Assembly (NCBI GenBank): GCA_965279305.1
Contig: OZ257143.1
Span: 1,410,001-1,442,000 of the forward strand
Direction of reading: 5' to 3'
Origin: Gammaproteobacteria bacterium
GTDB taxonomy: Bacteria; Pseudomonadota; Gammaproteobacteria; JBIOEC01
DNA length: 32,000 nucleotides
The notes beneath the pieces were generated by a model. It was not told the DNA's origin and made no database searches. It was given only the letters and a program-made list of their open reading frames with translations. The position numbers and the translations under genes were made by a program. Shown in pieces: positions 7,844 to 17,837 of this stretch (positions are counted from its first letter, which is position 1; each line of letters starts with the position of its first letter).

Positions 7844-7871
7844 TTGACATCCGACTAATTGATTTTATACT
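7844..7871 (+). promoter_or_regulatory. Candidate sigma70-type promoter upstream of paralog 2
   Basis: TTGACA (7844-7849), a 16-nt spacer, then TATACT (7866-7871), within the 82-nt spacer between paralogs 1 and 2. The AATTTGACAT context recurs upstream of paralog 5. Confidence 0.4.
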
Positions 7872-7902
7872 TTGATAATCTTTAATGAGATAAAGGAATA
7901 CC

Positions 7903-10900
7903 ATGAGAAAAATAGCAAAATATAGTCTTTCTATTTTTCTTCCTTGTTTATTATTAATGCATGCTAGCGCTGCTTTTTCTCAATGTGATCAAAAGTTAGA
8001 TACCGATCCTATCGCATTTACCGCTATTCCTACGTATCCAACGAATATTGCTATTGGTGAAACTATTGATTTTGATTACACTGTCACTAATAACTCTAGT
8101 CGAATAACCATGACGGTGACATCATCACTGAATGGAACGCCGGCGGATCAAGCCTCAATTGTAGTAGGTGCCGATGATTGTTCAACAGGTGATATAGGTC
8201 CTTTTGGAGATAGTTGCCATCTCACGGTTGAAGTCAGCCCCACTACAACAGGAGCGACTTCCTACGTGCTTGCTATTAATTATACGGTCAGTGGTGATCC
8301 TTCTTGTTTTGATGATGTTACCACTCCTATTTCTTTTAATGCTGTTCCCGCTGTTAATTACGCCTATATTCCGAATCAAGATGGAAACTCAGTAACGGTT
8401 TGCGATAATACAGGTGCTAGTGGTTTAGATAATTGTATTGATACGGGTGCAACTAGTTTGACTGCACCTTCTGCTATAGAAATTTTACCCGCTTCGTCAG
8501 CATTTTCATCTTTTATGAGTGTCTTTAACATTGCTTATATCACCAATTCTGGCGCAAATACGGTTACTCGATGTTCTATTAATGTGGCTGATGGTACTTT
8601 TGATTTATGTGGGGACTCAGGTGCAGGTAATATTTTTAATGAACCTCTTGGACTTGCTTTTGATACCAGTGATTTTCTTTATGGCTATGTCGTTAATGTT
8701 AATGGCGCAGATATTACCAAATGCCAAGTGGCGTCTGCCGATGGTGCTTTTTCAGGTTGTATTAATGCTGTAGAGATCCTTTCTATACCGAGTGGTATTG
8801 CCATACAAACTTTCGGCGGAACGGATTATGCCTATATTGCTAATGCCGCTTCTGGAACGATAACGCAATGCACAGTAAATTCAGGTACGGGCGCATTAGA
8901 ACTGTGTGTAGATTCTGGTTTGGGCTCTGTTTTTTCTTCTCCTAATAGCATAGGGTTTTTTACCAGTGCAGACACTTATGCCTATGTAGCTGATATCGCT
9001 GAAGGTGGGAGTGGAGGAGTGTGGCAATGTGATGTGGATACTTCTACCGGAATATTAAGCAATTGTATATTCGTTTCAGACGGCGCTCTTGCTGGTGCTA
9101 AAGGCATTACTTTTGCTGAAGAGGATACTGATAATTATCTTTATGTAGGTGGTGCCGGTACTGATCGGACCGGCGCTTGTGTAATAGATTTTGCTACCGG
9201 CAATTTAACGTCTTGCGCGGCTTATTTCTTATATTCCTCAGATGAGGTTTCGGATATGGTCGCGCAGACTTTTAATAGTATTGATTATTTGTATACAGCA
9301 GAGCCTGTTACGGGTGCAATGTTGCAATGCAAAATATCAGATGACGTGGGCAGACTTTATTGTATTGAAGCGGGAACTAGTCTTCCTTTTTTGACTCCGG
9401 TATCTATTATTTTTAATGTTAATGCAGATACTAATACTTACGCGTATGTGCCTGATCCCGGATCAAATTTAGTGTGGGTATGCGATGTTAATATTACCAC
9501 AGGCCAATTAAGTGCTTGTGTGGATTCCGGCGGTGTGTTGCTTGCATCGTTTGATATGGTATTTACTACGGTTAATTCTGTTCCGTATGCTTATGTGAGT
9601 GATGCTTCTTCAACAGTATGGCAATGCCAGGTTGCTTCAGGCGGCGCTCTCAGTGGATGTACGGATGCTGGGGTATCTTTAGGAACGCCACCTTATGCAG
9701 TTCCCACGGGGCTTTCATTTCAACTATTTGGAGGTGTTGATTATATTTATGTAAGTGACAGCACCAATAATGCGGTATATCAGTGTGCTTTAGATAATAC
9801 GACAGGTTTATTTACGGCTTGTCCTGATTCTGGAGCGGGTGCAGTGTTTGATATGCCTACTTTTACAACATTTCAAGAAGTGACTTCTGTTTTATATGCT
9901 TATATTAGCAACTCCAACATAAGTGGTGCATTGACAATGGGGCAATGTACGGTTGATACCAGTACAGGATTGTTTAGTGCTTGCACAACATCTACTTTGT
10001 CAGCAGCTCCTGTGGGTTCTGCTTTTAAAACAGTTGATGCAATTCTTTATGCTTATGTGGCACTTGAGGGCGCTTCTGAGGGGGCTATTAATCGGTGTAA
10101 TGTTTTATCGGGTGGAGGCTTAAACCAGTGTAGTACTGTTTTTGGAGCGCCTTCTAGTGTTGAAATAAGTAGTATCAATAGTGGTGCTAATCAAGTTTTA
10201 TATGTGACAGAAAATGGAGGCAGTGGTGTTCTAGGTTGTCTTGTTGACACGACCGATGGTTCAATTGTTTTCTGTCAAGATGCGGGAACTGGTTTTATGT
10301 TTGATGCTCCTACTGATATCACTTTTCTTTCTATTGGTGGTAATAATTTTGCTTATATTAGCGATTCTACTCTTGGAACGGTAACCCAATGTTTGCAAAA
10401 TAATACAACGGGAATTCTTTCCAGTTGTGTGGATTCTGGCGCTACATTTTCACTGCCCACGGCGATTACCTTTGATACGCTTTCAGGACCCGTGATTTAT
10501 GCTTATGTGTTAGATCTTAATGGAAATATCGCCGAGCAATGTTTAGTGGATGATACAACAGGACTTTTTAGCGGCTGTACAACCACGGCCACTTTATTTG
10601 AGCATCCATTAGCTATCGTATTTAATGGAGATTTTGCTTATATTTCAGATCAAACCTTAAGCAGAGTGTTGATGTGTCAAAAAAATTCATCTGGCGTATT
10701 AATGTTGTGTGTTGATTCCGGTGCTGGAAACGTTTTTGTCGCTCCAGCAGGAGTTGCTCTTTTTACGGATACAGATGCCGATTTAAATATGTATGTGACT
10801 GAGCTAGGAACTAATAGTGTGACATTTTGCTTGGTAGACGCTATGACTGGATTAGCTAATCCAGCAAGCTGTGCCGATTCGGGTGTGGGCGCTGCATTTG

Positions 10901-11097
10901 CGCTTCCTGCGGGTCTTAAATTTGAACCTTTTATGGGCACATCTTATGTTTATGTACCTAATATTGCGACTTCAGATCCATTGTCGAATACGGTTTCACA
11001 ATGTACTTTAAATGCCGATGGTAGTTTTAATGCGTGTAGTGATTCGGGCGCCACATTATTAGATAAGCCTTTTAGTATTACTTTCTTCAATCCTTAA
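7903..11097 (+). CDS. Paralog 2 (1064 aa): same family, long form
   Basis: AAGGA Shine-Dalgarno sequence 6 nt upstream. Signal peptide MRKIAKYSLSIFLPCLLLMHASA|AF. The N-terminal domain includes ...CHLTVEVSPTTTGATSYVLAINYTVSGDPSCFDDVT. There are 18 repeat units, ending ...FSITFFNP. Confidence 0.9.
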   Translation: MRKIAKYSLSIFLPCLLLMHASAAFSQCDQKLDTDPIAFTAIPTYPTNIAIGETIDFDYTVTNNSSRITMTVTSSLNGTPADQASIVVGADDCSTGDIGPFGDSCHLTVEVSPTTTGATSYVLAINYTVSGDPSCFDDVTTPISFNAVPAVNYAYIPNQDGNSVTVCDNTGASGLDNCIDTGATSLTAPSAIEILPASSAFSSFMSVFNIAYITNSGANTVTRCSINVADGTFDLCGDSGAGNIFNEPLGLAFDTSDFLYGYVVNVNGADITKCQVASADGAFSGCINAVEILSIPSGIAIQTFGGTDYAYIANAASGTITQCTVNSGTGALELCVDSGLGSVFSSPNSIGFFTSADTYAYVADIAEGGSGGVWQCDVDTSTGILSNCIFVSDGALAGAKGITFAEEDTDNYLYVGGAGTDRTGACVIDFATGNLTSCAAYFLYSSDEVSDMVAQTFNSIDYLYTAEPVTGAMLQCKISDDVGRLYCIEAGTSLPFLTPVSIIFNVNADTNTYAYVPDPGSNLVWVCDVNITTGQLSACVDSGGVLLASFDMVFTTVNSVPYAYVSDASSTVWQCQVASGGALSGCTDAGVSLGTPPYAVPTGLSFQLFGGVDYIYVSDSTNNAVYQCALDNTTGLFTACPDSGAGAVFDMPTFTTFQEVTSVLYAYISNSNISGALTMGQCTVDTSTGLFSACTTSTLSAAPVGSAFKTVDAILYAYVALEGASEGAINRCNVLSGGGLNQCSTVFGAPSSVEISSINSGANQVLYVTENGGSGVLGCLVDTTDGSIVFCQDAGTGFMFDAPTDITFLSIGGNNFAYISDSTLGTVTQCLQNNTTGILSSCVDSGATFSLPTAITFDTLSGPVIYAYVLDLNGNIAEQCLVDDTTGLFSGCTTTATLFEHPLAIVFNGDFAYISDQTLSRVLMCQKNSSGVLMLCVDSGAGNVFVAPAGVALFTDTDADLNMYVTELGTNSVTFCLVDAMTGLANPASCADSGVGAAFALPAGLKFEPFMGTSYVYVPNIATSDPLSNTVSQCTLNADGSFNACSDSGATLLDKPFSITFFNP
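8356..11094 (+). repeat. Intragenic array of 18 blade-like units in paralog 2
   Basis: Hand-delimited from NYAYIPNQDGNSVTVC... to ...YVYVPNIATSDPLSNTVSQCTLNADGSFNACSDSGATLLDKPFSITFFNP. Confidence 0.85.
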
Positions 11098-11120
11098 TGG
11101 AAAAGTGAGTTGATGGATCG

Positions 11121-14100
11121 ATGAATACCAATAGAAAATTAAAAACGAATATTTATTTGTTCATTTCACTTTTTTTAATGAGTGCAACTACTTTTGCTAA
11201 TAAAATAGAGGAAAAAAATGTTTGTATTCCCAAAAAAGATAGTATTGAACAATTACCTTTGGAGTTTCAATCTAATATTCCTGTTCCCCCCATTCCTGCC
11301 AATATTTCAATAGGTAATTTAGCCAGTTATGATTTTACTTTAGTAAATAATAGTCCTGATACCATAGGTATTACGGCTTCTATAACCGGCTCTCCTATCG
11401 GTGATGCTACCGTAGATTCGGGTTCACAATGTTTATCAGGAACATGGGCGCCAGCAGCAACTTGTACTTTAACCGTTGATATTGATCCCACGGTAACAGG
11501 TGCCGCTACTTATGTTCTTTCTGCGAATTACACCGTGAGTGGCGATCCTTCATGTTTTAATGATGTGACGGTTGATATTGATTACAATGCTATCGATGCT
11601 TTTGTTTATGTTTCTAATTCTCAGGGTGATTCCGTCACGGTATGTAAAAATACAGGACCTAGTGGTTTTACCGATTGTGGTGATGCCGGTGCGACCAGCA
11701 CATTTGATGGGCCCGGTGGAATTAGAGTTCCTGTTGAAACGTTTTCTGGCGATAAATATGCTTATGTCACTAGTTTCGGTACAAACACCGTTTCACAATG
11801 TTTAATTGATCTGACAGATGGAACATTTGCTGATCCCTGTGTGGATTCCGGGGCTGGTACTATTTTTTCATTACCCGCCGATATCGCATTTAATGCGGCG
11901 AGCAGCACATTATATGCTTATATTACTAATAGCGGCGGGTTTGATGTAATAAAATGTGTGACGGATCTTTCTGATGGAACATTAGGCACGTGTGGAACGG
12001 CATCAGCTCCTTTTGATTCGCCTTTTGGGATCGCACATCAAACCGTAACGGGTTTAAGTGTAGAGGCCGCTTATATTACTAATCAAGATGCAGGAACCGT
12101 AACTCAATGCGCCATTACCGGTGAATCAGGACAATTGGTTCATTGTTTTGATTCGGGCCCTGGAGATATATTTACTACACCCACGAATATTACCTTTTTT
12201 GAAACCGCGGATATTTATGCTTATATTACTGATTTTGATTACTTAAGCGCGGGAGCGGTTTGGCAGTGTCTTTTTAGTCCATCAAACGGATTATTAAGTG
12301 CTTGTGCTACAACAGGTTCTGGTTTTGATCATCCTTTGGGTATTTCATTTGAAACAGTGAACAGTGTTGATTATGCGTATGTAACGAATGCTTTAACAAA
12401 TACGGTAGAAACCTGCGATGTGGATTCCGGTAGTGGAAACTTAACTTCATGCGCGAGTAGTTCTTTGCTTTCAACCGATATTTTGATTGATATTACTCAG
12501 CAGAGTTTTTCAGGTTCTGATTATTTATATGTAGCTGATGCAGTACAGGAGTCTATTTTACAATGCAAAATAGATAGCACGACTATAGAAACGGCCAATA
12601 TTTATTGTATTGATTCAGGAACAGCGGGTGTGTTTTCAAATCCCCCAAGCTCTGTGACTTTTCAAGTGGTTAATGGAACCACGTATGGTTATGTGAATGA
12701 ACCCGAAAGTGGGATTGTTTGGCAATGTACGGTAAATACTAGCACAGGACAATTTACAGGATGTGTGGATTCGGGTCCTATTGGTTTTGAGGCGCCTTAT
12801 GTTACGACGTTAGGTACGGTGAATTCAGTTTTGTATGCCTATGTTTCTGATGTGGATTTTGATACTGTATGGCAATGTGAGGTGGATGCAGTGACCGGAG
12901 CTTTGTGCGATTGTACGAATGCAGCCCAAAATATAGGGGATCCTCTAGATAGCCCTATAGGAGTATCATTCCAAACGTTTGCAGGTACAAGTTATGTTTA
13001 TGTAGGAGAGCTTGTTAATGGTGATATTCAAAAATGTACTCTGAATGCCACTACAGGTTTGTTCACTGCCTGTGTAGACTCAGGCGCCTCTGCACTGAAT
13101 CAGCCCGCAGCGTTTGAATTTAAGACTATTAATTCTAATTTGTATATTTATATTCCTAATCTAGATCCTACCGTGATGACACCTTTTTTAACTAAATGTC
13201 TTGTTAATACCACCACAGGACAATTTTCAGCGTGTTCTGATAATGATTTTGATAGCGGGCAGGCTGGAATTGCATTTCAAGCAGTGGATGGCACTAATTA
13301 TGCTTATGTCACCGTAGGTGATTCGACTACTTTTGGAGAAATTTTGCGTTGTGTAGTAGGCAGTGATGGCAGTTTGTCTACTTGTGTATCTCCTTTTGGA
13401 GAGCCCAATAGTATTGCATTGCAACTTTTAACGGGAGGCAGCACGGTTGCTTATGTTGCACAAGCAGGAGGAAGCGGTATTTTAGAATGCCAAGTCAATA
13501 ATTCTAATGGTTCAATCACTAGTTGTGCAGATGCGGGAACCCGTTTTTCTTTTTCTTCTCCTGTAGAAATCATGTTGGAAACGATTGGCTCCACTACTTT
13601 TGCTTATATTTCGGATAGTGTTTTAAATACGGTAACTCAATGTATCCCAAATTTAACTACAGGTGCTTTGGCTTCGTGTGTGGATTCAGGTGCTGGTGCT
13701 ATTTTTACACAACCGGCGGGCGTTACATTTGATTTGGTAGACAGTGGGTTTTTTGCTTATGTGGTGGATGAGGCAGGTGATACCGTGACTCAATGTATAG
13801 CAGATGAAATTACAGGGTTGTTTAGTGCCTGCGAAACCACGGGAACATTTTTTGTTGATCCATTGGGAATTACTTTTAACGACAATAAAGTTTATATTGC
13901 CGAAAGTACACAAGCGGAAGTGACTACTTGTGATCAACGTAGCGATGGTTTTTTGATCAATTGTATAAATTCAGGACCCGATCCTTCGGTATTTGCTAGG
14001 CCTACCGGTGTTGGCGTTTTCAATGATGCAGATGGTGATGAACATCTTTATGTATCTAATTCTCTCAATGTAGGTGGGCCTCCTGATAGCACCGTTGCTT

Positions 14101-14369
14101 ATTGTCTTGTAGATCCGACTACGGGTTTATTAAGTGCTTGCGCTGATTCTGGTTTAGGTCAAATTTTTGCGTCTCCTGCGGGGCTTGCTTTTCAAGCTTT
14201 TGACGGAACATTTTTTCTGTATATCACTAATTCTGATACAGTAGAGACTCCTAATAATTCGGTTTCTCGTTGTACGTTAAACGCAGATGGTACTTTAAAT
14301 GCCTGTGTGGATTCAGGCGCTGGTATGATATTTAATAATCCAGTGGGAATTGCGTTTTTAAATCCATAA
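11121..14369 (+). CDS. Paralog 3 (1082 aa): same family, long form
   Basis: Starts 23 nt after the paralog 2 stop. Signal peptide ...IYLFISLFLMSATTFA|NK. The N-terminal domain includes ...CTLTVDIDPTVTGAATYVLSANYTVSGDPSCFNDVT. There are 18 repeat units, ending ...VGIAFLNP. Confidence 0.9.
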   Translation: MNTNRKLKTNIYLFISLFLMSATTFANKIEEKNVCIPKKDSIEQLPLEFQSNIPVPPIPANISIGNLASYDFTLVNNSPDTIGITASITGSPIGDATVDSGSQCLSGTWAPAATCTLTVDIDPTVTGAATYVLSANYTVSGDPSCFNDVTVDIDYNAIDAFVYVSNSQGDSVTVCKNTGPSGFTDCGDAGATSTFDGPGGIRVPVETFSGDKYAYVTSFGTNTVSQCLIDLTDGTFADPCVDSGAGTIFSLPADIAFNAASSTLYAYITNSGGFDVIKCVTDLSDGTLGTCGTASAPFDSPFGIAHQTVTGLSVEAAYITNQDAGTVTQCAITGESGQLVHCFDSGPGDIFTTPTNITFFETADIYAYITDFDYLSAGAVWQCLFSPSNGLLSACATTGSGFDHPLGISFETVNSVDYAYVTNALTNTVETCDVDSGSGNLTSCASSSLLSTDILIDITQQSFSGSDYLYVADAVQESILQCKIDSTTIETANIYCIDSGTAGVFSNPPSSVTFQVVNGTTYGYVNEPESGIVWQCTVNTSTGQFTGCVDSGPIGFEAPYVTTLGTVNSVLYAYVSDVDFDTVWQCEVDAVTGALCDCTNAAQNIGDPLDSPIGVSFQTFAGTSYVYVGELVNGDIQKCTLNATTGLFTACVDSGASALNQPAAFEFKTINSNLYIYIPNLDPTVMTPFLTKCLVNTTTGQFSACSDNDFDSGQAGIAFQAVDGTNYAYVTVGDSTTFGEILRCVVGSDGSLSTCVSPFGEPNSIALQLLTGGSTVAYVAQAGGSGILECQVNNSNGSITSCADAGTRFSFSSPVEIMLETIGSTTFAYISDSVLNTVTQCIPNLTTGALASCVDSGAGAIFTQPAGVTFDLVDSGFFAYVVDEAGDTVTQCIADEITGLFSACETTGTFFVDPLGITFNDNKVYIAESTQAEVTTCDQRSDGFLINCINSGPDPSVFARPTGVGVFNDADGDEHLYVSNSLNVGGPPDSTVAYCLVDPTTGLLSACADSGLGQIFASPAGLAFQAFDGTFFLYITNSDTVETPNNSVSRCTLNADGTLNACVDSGAGMIFNNPVGIAFLNP
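11598..14366 (+). repeat. Intragenic array of 18 blade-like units in paralog 3
   Basis: Hand-delimited from AFVYVSNSQGDSVTVC... to ...FLYITNSDTVETPNNSVSRCTLNADGTLNACVDSGAGMIFNNPVGIAFLNP. Confidence 0.85.
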
Positions 14370-14379
14370 ATATTAATAT

Positions 14380-14407
14380 TTGACTTTTGAGCAAACTATT
14401 CCATAAT
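14380..14407 (+). promoter_or_regulatory. Candidate sigma70-type promoter upstream of paralog 4
   Basis: TTGACT (14380-14385), a 16-nt spacer, then CATAAT (14402-14407), within the 67-nt spacer. The local string TTTGACTTTTGAG parallels TTTGACATTTGAG at 17753. Confidence 0.35.
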
Positions 14408-14436
14408 TGTATAGATAAGTTATAAAGGATGAAAAA

Positions 14437-17400
14437 ATGAAAAGGAATTTTACAATCAGCGCAGGTGTTTTCCTTTCATTCTTATTTAGTGGTTATTCAC
14501 TTGCAGCAGAAACCGCTTGTGACAAACCTAAATACAATTTGCTTACTTTGCCTTTAGAATTTGTTTCTACTACTCCAACGCCACCCATTCCTGCTAATCT
14601 GCCATTGGGAGAGACCAGTACCTATATTTATTCATTGGTTAATAATAGCCCTAATATTATACGAGTTGATCCATCGATTATTCCACAAGGAGGATCGCCT
14701 TCAGGGGATGTGACTATTGACGCAAGCTCAACGTGTTCGCTAAGCGTAGACACCACCGCTAATGGAGGTACGTGTACAGTTGTTGTTGATATCGAACCTA
14801 CTGTGCTAGGTGCTGCTTCTTATATATTAAGTGCGGTGTTTGAAATAGGGGGCGATCCTTCGTGTTTCGTCCCTGTTACAGCGGATATTTCTTATACTGC
14901 AATACCGGGTGCTTATGCGTACATTACTAATGGATCTAACGATAGCGTGACATATTGTGTGTATGGGATTGCAGGTGCGTTTAGTGATTGTGCCGATTCA
15001 GGTGCTACAGGCGGTACTTTTGACGCACCAGCGGGAATTGCCATTCCGAGTACCACTTTTACCGGTTTTAGTTATGCCTATGTAGCCAATGCGGGCGATA
15101 ATACGGTGTCGCAATGTTTAATAGATTCATCTACAGGAGCCTTTGATTCTTGTGGTGATTCTGGCGCGAGTACAGCGTTTGATGTGCCAACAGGAATTAC
15201 TTTTTACACAGTGGTATCTGCCTTAGAATCATATGTAAGCACGCTCTATTCTTATATAGTTGATAACGGCGGCGCAAATGTCACTCAATGTGACGTTTCT
15301 ACGGTTAACGGCGCTTTAAGCAGCTGTAGCAGCGCAACCGCCAGTGCATTTGATGCGCCGGAAGGGATCGCTGTGGAAGATTTTGGTGGTGCTACCGATT
15401 ATACTTATATTGTTAATAATGGTGCTGGAACGGTAACGCAATGCAGAACGAATGGTTCTGGTTTACTCGTTAATTGTTTTGATTCTGGATTAGCGCCTGA
15501 TTTTACCTTTGTTGATCCGGTTGATATCGCCTTTTTTGAATCCACTGATTGGTATGCTTATGTAACCGATTCTTCTGCGAATATTGTTTATCAATGTACG
15601 GTCGATACAGCATCGGGACAATTGCTAGATTGCGTAACAAGTGAGGCTACGGGTGTTAATTTGCCTAATGGTATTACTTTCGCAACCGTAAACAGCATTG
15701 ATTATGCTTATGTCACCGATTTTGGTGATAATACACTCTCGGTTTGTACTATTGATCCGGGCCCTGGGGTAACGGATGGAAACCTGACTTGTGGTACGGC
15801 AGATTCTCTTCGTTTTTCTACAGCCGCTGTAGGTCTTACTCGTCAGGTTTTTAATAGCGTAAATTATCTTTACGTGACCGATCAGACTAATAGTAAAATT
15901 TCGCAATGTAAAATGTATTCGCCTAATGGCCAAATCTATTGTATTGATGCAGGTACCGGCAATAGTTTTTTTGAAAGACCTCTTTCATTGGTGTTTAATA
16001 CCAATCCAGGCAATGCAACGGTATACGCCTATATCACTGATATAGATACTTCTGTGCGTGATATTTTTCGTTGTATTCCCAATTCGACTACAGGACAATT
16101 GGGTAGTTGTGTAAATGCAGGGCCTCTTGGTTTTTCACAGCCGTTTGATTTAACGTTTGCCACAGCCGCTATTAATAGTAATTATTATGTTTACATCAGC
16201 GATCAGGATTATGGCACGGTTTTTCAATGCGAATTGGACACCGATGGAACTATTACTGGCACTGTGGGCGCATTATGTAATTGTACCGATGCCGCTCAAA
16301 ATTTAGTGAGTGTTCCTTATAGTCAGATTTCGGGCGTGAGTTATCAAGCTTTTACTGATGGCCCGTTTGTTTATGTTGCTGATGAGGTTGATGGTCAGGT
16401 TTATAGATGTACGGTGGATGCGGGTGTGAGCGGAACAGGTTTATTTACCGCTTGCACGGATTCAGGGGCTGGCAGTGCGTTTACAGCACCTGCTGATATT
16501 GCTTTTCAGGCTGTCACAGGTACTACCTATGTCTATGTGACAGCTCAAACTGCAAGCGAAGTGAATAAATGTACGGTGAATACGACTACCGGTGTTTTCT
16601 CTGCTTGCACGGATTATGTGACGCCAGAAGATTCGTTATCGATCACTTTTGATGCGGCGTCTCCTCCACTTTATGCATATATTTCAACGGTTCCAACAAC
16701 CGATGGATTTACATTAAATAAATGTTCACTAGGAGCAGCGGGTGCTATTTCTTCTTGTGTTACCCCTTTTGGTAACCCTACCAGCCTGGCCGTAAATAAT
16801 CCTTCTGTTTATACGGGCACTGGTTCCGTAGGATATATTACTCAATTAGGTGGTTCTGGATTGGCTGCCTGTCTTTTGGTGAATGCCGATGGAACAGTAG
16901 GAGGATGCTTTGATTCTGGAACCGGTTTTCTTTTCAGCGGGCCTTCGGATGTTATTTTTGGTACTTATTCGGCCGTAACTTATGCTTATATTGCAGATGC
17001 TGATGGTCATATTTATAAATGTACCTGGAATAGTACTTCCGGTGTACTTTCTGCTTGCGCCGCTTCTTCAGCAACCTTTACTAATCCTGACGGAATTGCC
17101 TTTAGCGAAGATGGAACTCATCTTTATGTCACAAGCGAAGGAGCCAATATAGTTAGCGAATGTAGTATGAATTCTGTGGGTGTTATTGGTTCTTGTGTGA
17201 CTACAGGATCTATTTTTGAAACACCCGCTGATATAGTATTTGGCGATACACAAGCTTATATTACGGATCAAGGAAACGATAGCGTAATAATGTGCGATAT
17301 CAATTCTTCAGGGTTATTAACCGCGTGTGTGGACTCAGGTGCCACCGATATATTAACGCCTAACGGTATTACACTTTATGAAGACACTAATTCAGTTACA

Positions 17401-17742
17401 CATGCTTATATTACGAATGATACCGCTTCAGGTGGAGTAGCTAATTCTGTCACTTCATGTGTGGTTGATGGTGGTACTGGATTACTCTCTGCTTGCACAG
17501 ATTCAGGTGTAACAGATGCATTTGATTTGCCTTATGGTATAGCTTTCCAAGCTTTTGATGGAACACCTTTTGCTTATGTTACCAACTCGGATGATGCGGG
17601 TGTTGATCCTTTATCTAACACTGTTTCTAAATGTGAAGTAGATGATGATGGTGTTCTAAGCACTTGTGTAGATTCAGGGGCAGGTGATGCTGATTTTGAT
17701 GGACCACAAGGCATTGCATTCTTTCCGTCTGTGACTAATTAA
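14437..17742 (+). CDS. Paralog 4 (1101 aa): same family, long form
   Basis: AAAGGA Shine-Dalgarno sequence 7 nt upstream. Signal peptide MKRNFTISAGVFLSFLFSGYSLA|AE. The N-terminal domain includes ...CTVVVDIEPTVLGAASYILSAVFEIGGDPSCFVPVT. There are 18 repeat units, ending ...QGIAFFPSVTN. Confidence 0.9.
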   Translation: MKRNFTISAGVFLSFLFSGYSLAAETACDKPKYNLLTLPLEFVSTTPTPPIPANLPLGETSTYIYSLVNNSPNIIRVDPSIIPQGGSPSGDVTIDASSTCSLSVDTTANGGTCTVVVDIEPTVLGAASYILSAVFEIGGDPSCFVPVTADISYTAIPGAYAYITNGSNDSVTYCVYGIAGAFSDCADSGATGGTFDAPAGIAIPSTTFTGFSYAYVANAGDNTVSQCLIDSSTGAFDSCGDSGASTAFDVPTGITFYTVVSALESYVSTLYSYIVDNGGANVTQCDVSTVNGALSSCSSATASAFDAPEGIAVEDFGGATDYTYIVNNGAGTVTQCRTNGSGLLVNCFDSGLAPDFTFVDPVDIAFFESTDWYAYVTDSSANIVYQCTVDTASGQLLDCVTSEATGVNLPNGITFATVNSIDYAYVTDFGDNTLSVCTIDPGPGVTDGNLTCGTADSLRFSTAAVGLTRQVFNSVNYLYVTDQTNSKISQCKMYSPNGQIYCIDAGTGNSFFERPLSLVFNTNPGNATVYAYITDIDTSVRDIFRCIPNSTTGQLGSCVNAGPLGFSQPFDLTFATAAINSNYYVYISDQDYGTVFQCELDTDGTITGTVGALCNCTDAAQNLVSVPYSQISGVSYQAFTDGPFVYVADEVDGQVYRCTVDAGVSGTGLFTACTDSGAGSAFTAPADIAFQAVTGTTYVYVTAQTASEVNKCTVNTTTGVFSACTDYVTPEDSLSITFDAASPPLYAYISTVPTTDGFTLNKCSLGAAGAISSCVTPFGNPTSLAVNNPSVYTGTGSVGYITQLGGSGLAACLLVNADGTVGGCFDSGTGFLFSGPSDVIFGTYSAVTYAYIADADGHIYKCTWNSTSGVLSACAASSATFTNPDGIAFSEDGTHLYVTSEGANIVSECSMNSVGVIGSCVTTGSIFETPADIVFGDTQAYITDQGNDSVIMCDINSSGLLTACVDSGATDILTPNGITLYEDTNSVTHAYITNDTASGGVANSVTSCVVDGGTGLLSACTDSGVTDAFDLPYGIAFQAFDGTPFAYVTNSDDAGVDPLSNTVSKCEVDDDGVLSTCVDSGAGDADFDGPQGIAFFPSVTN
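14911..17739 (+). repeat. Intragenic array of 18 blade-like units in paralog 4
   Basis: Hand-delimited from AYAYITNGSNDSVTYC... to ...FAYVTNSDDAGVDPLSNTVSKCEVDDDGVLSTCVDSGAGDADFDGPQGIAFFPSVTN. Confidence 0.85.
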
Positions 17743-17753
17743 CGCCTGTTAAT

Positions 17754-17781
17754 TTGACATTTGAGAAATAAAACCTACACT
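17754..17781 (+). promoter_or_regulatory. Candidate sigma70-type promoter upstream of paralog 5
   Basis: TTGACA (17754-17759), a 16-nt spacer, then TACACT (17776-17781). A perfect TATAAT also occurs at 17792-17797. Confidence 0.35.
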
Positions 17782-17837
17782 CAGTGGGGTTTATAATATT
17801 CTCAGAAATAGTATTTTCACATGACGCAAGGATGGCC

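Noticed and set aside
17784-17837. The GTG-initiated 18-codon extension of paralog 5 (MGFIIFSEIVFSHDARMA).
   Set aside because: It overlaps the promoter-like spacer. The ATG at 17838, with AAGGA 6 nt upstream, gives a signal peptide homologous to that of paralog 6 (MKKVLL... versus MKKIVF...).
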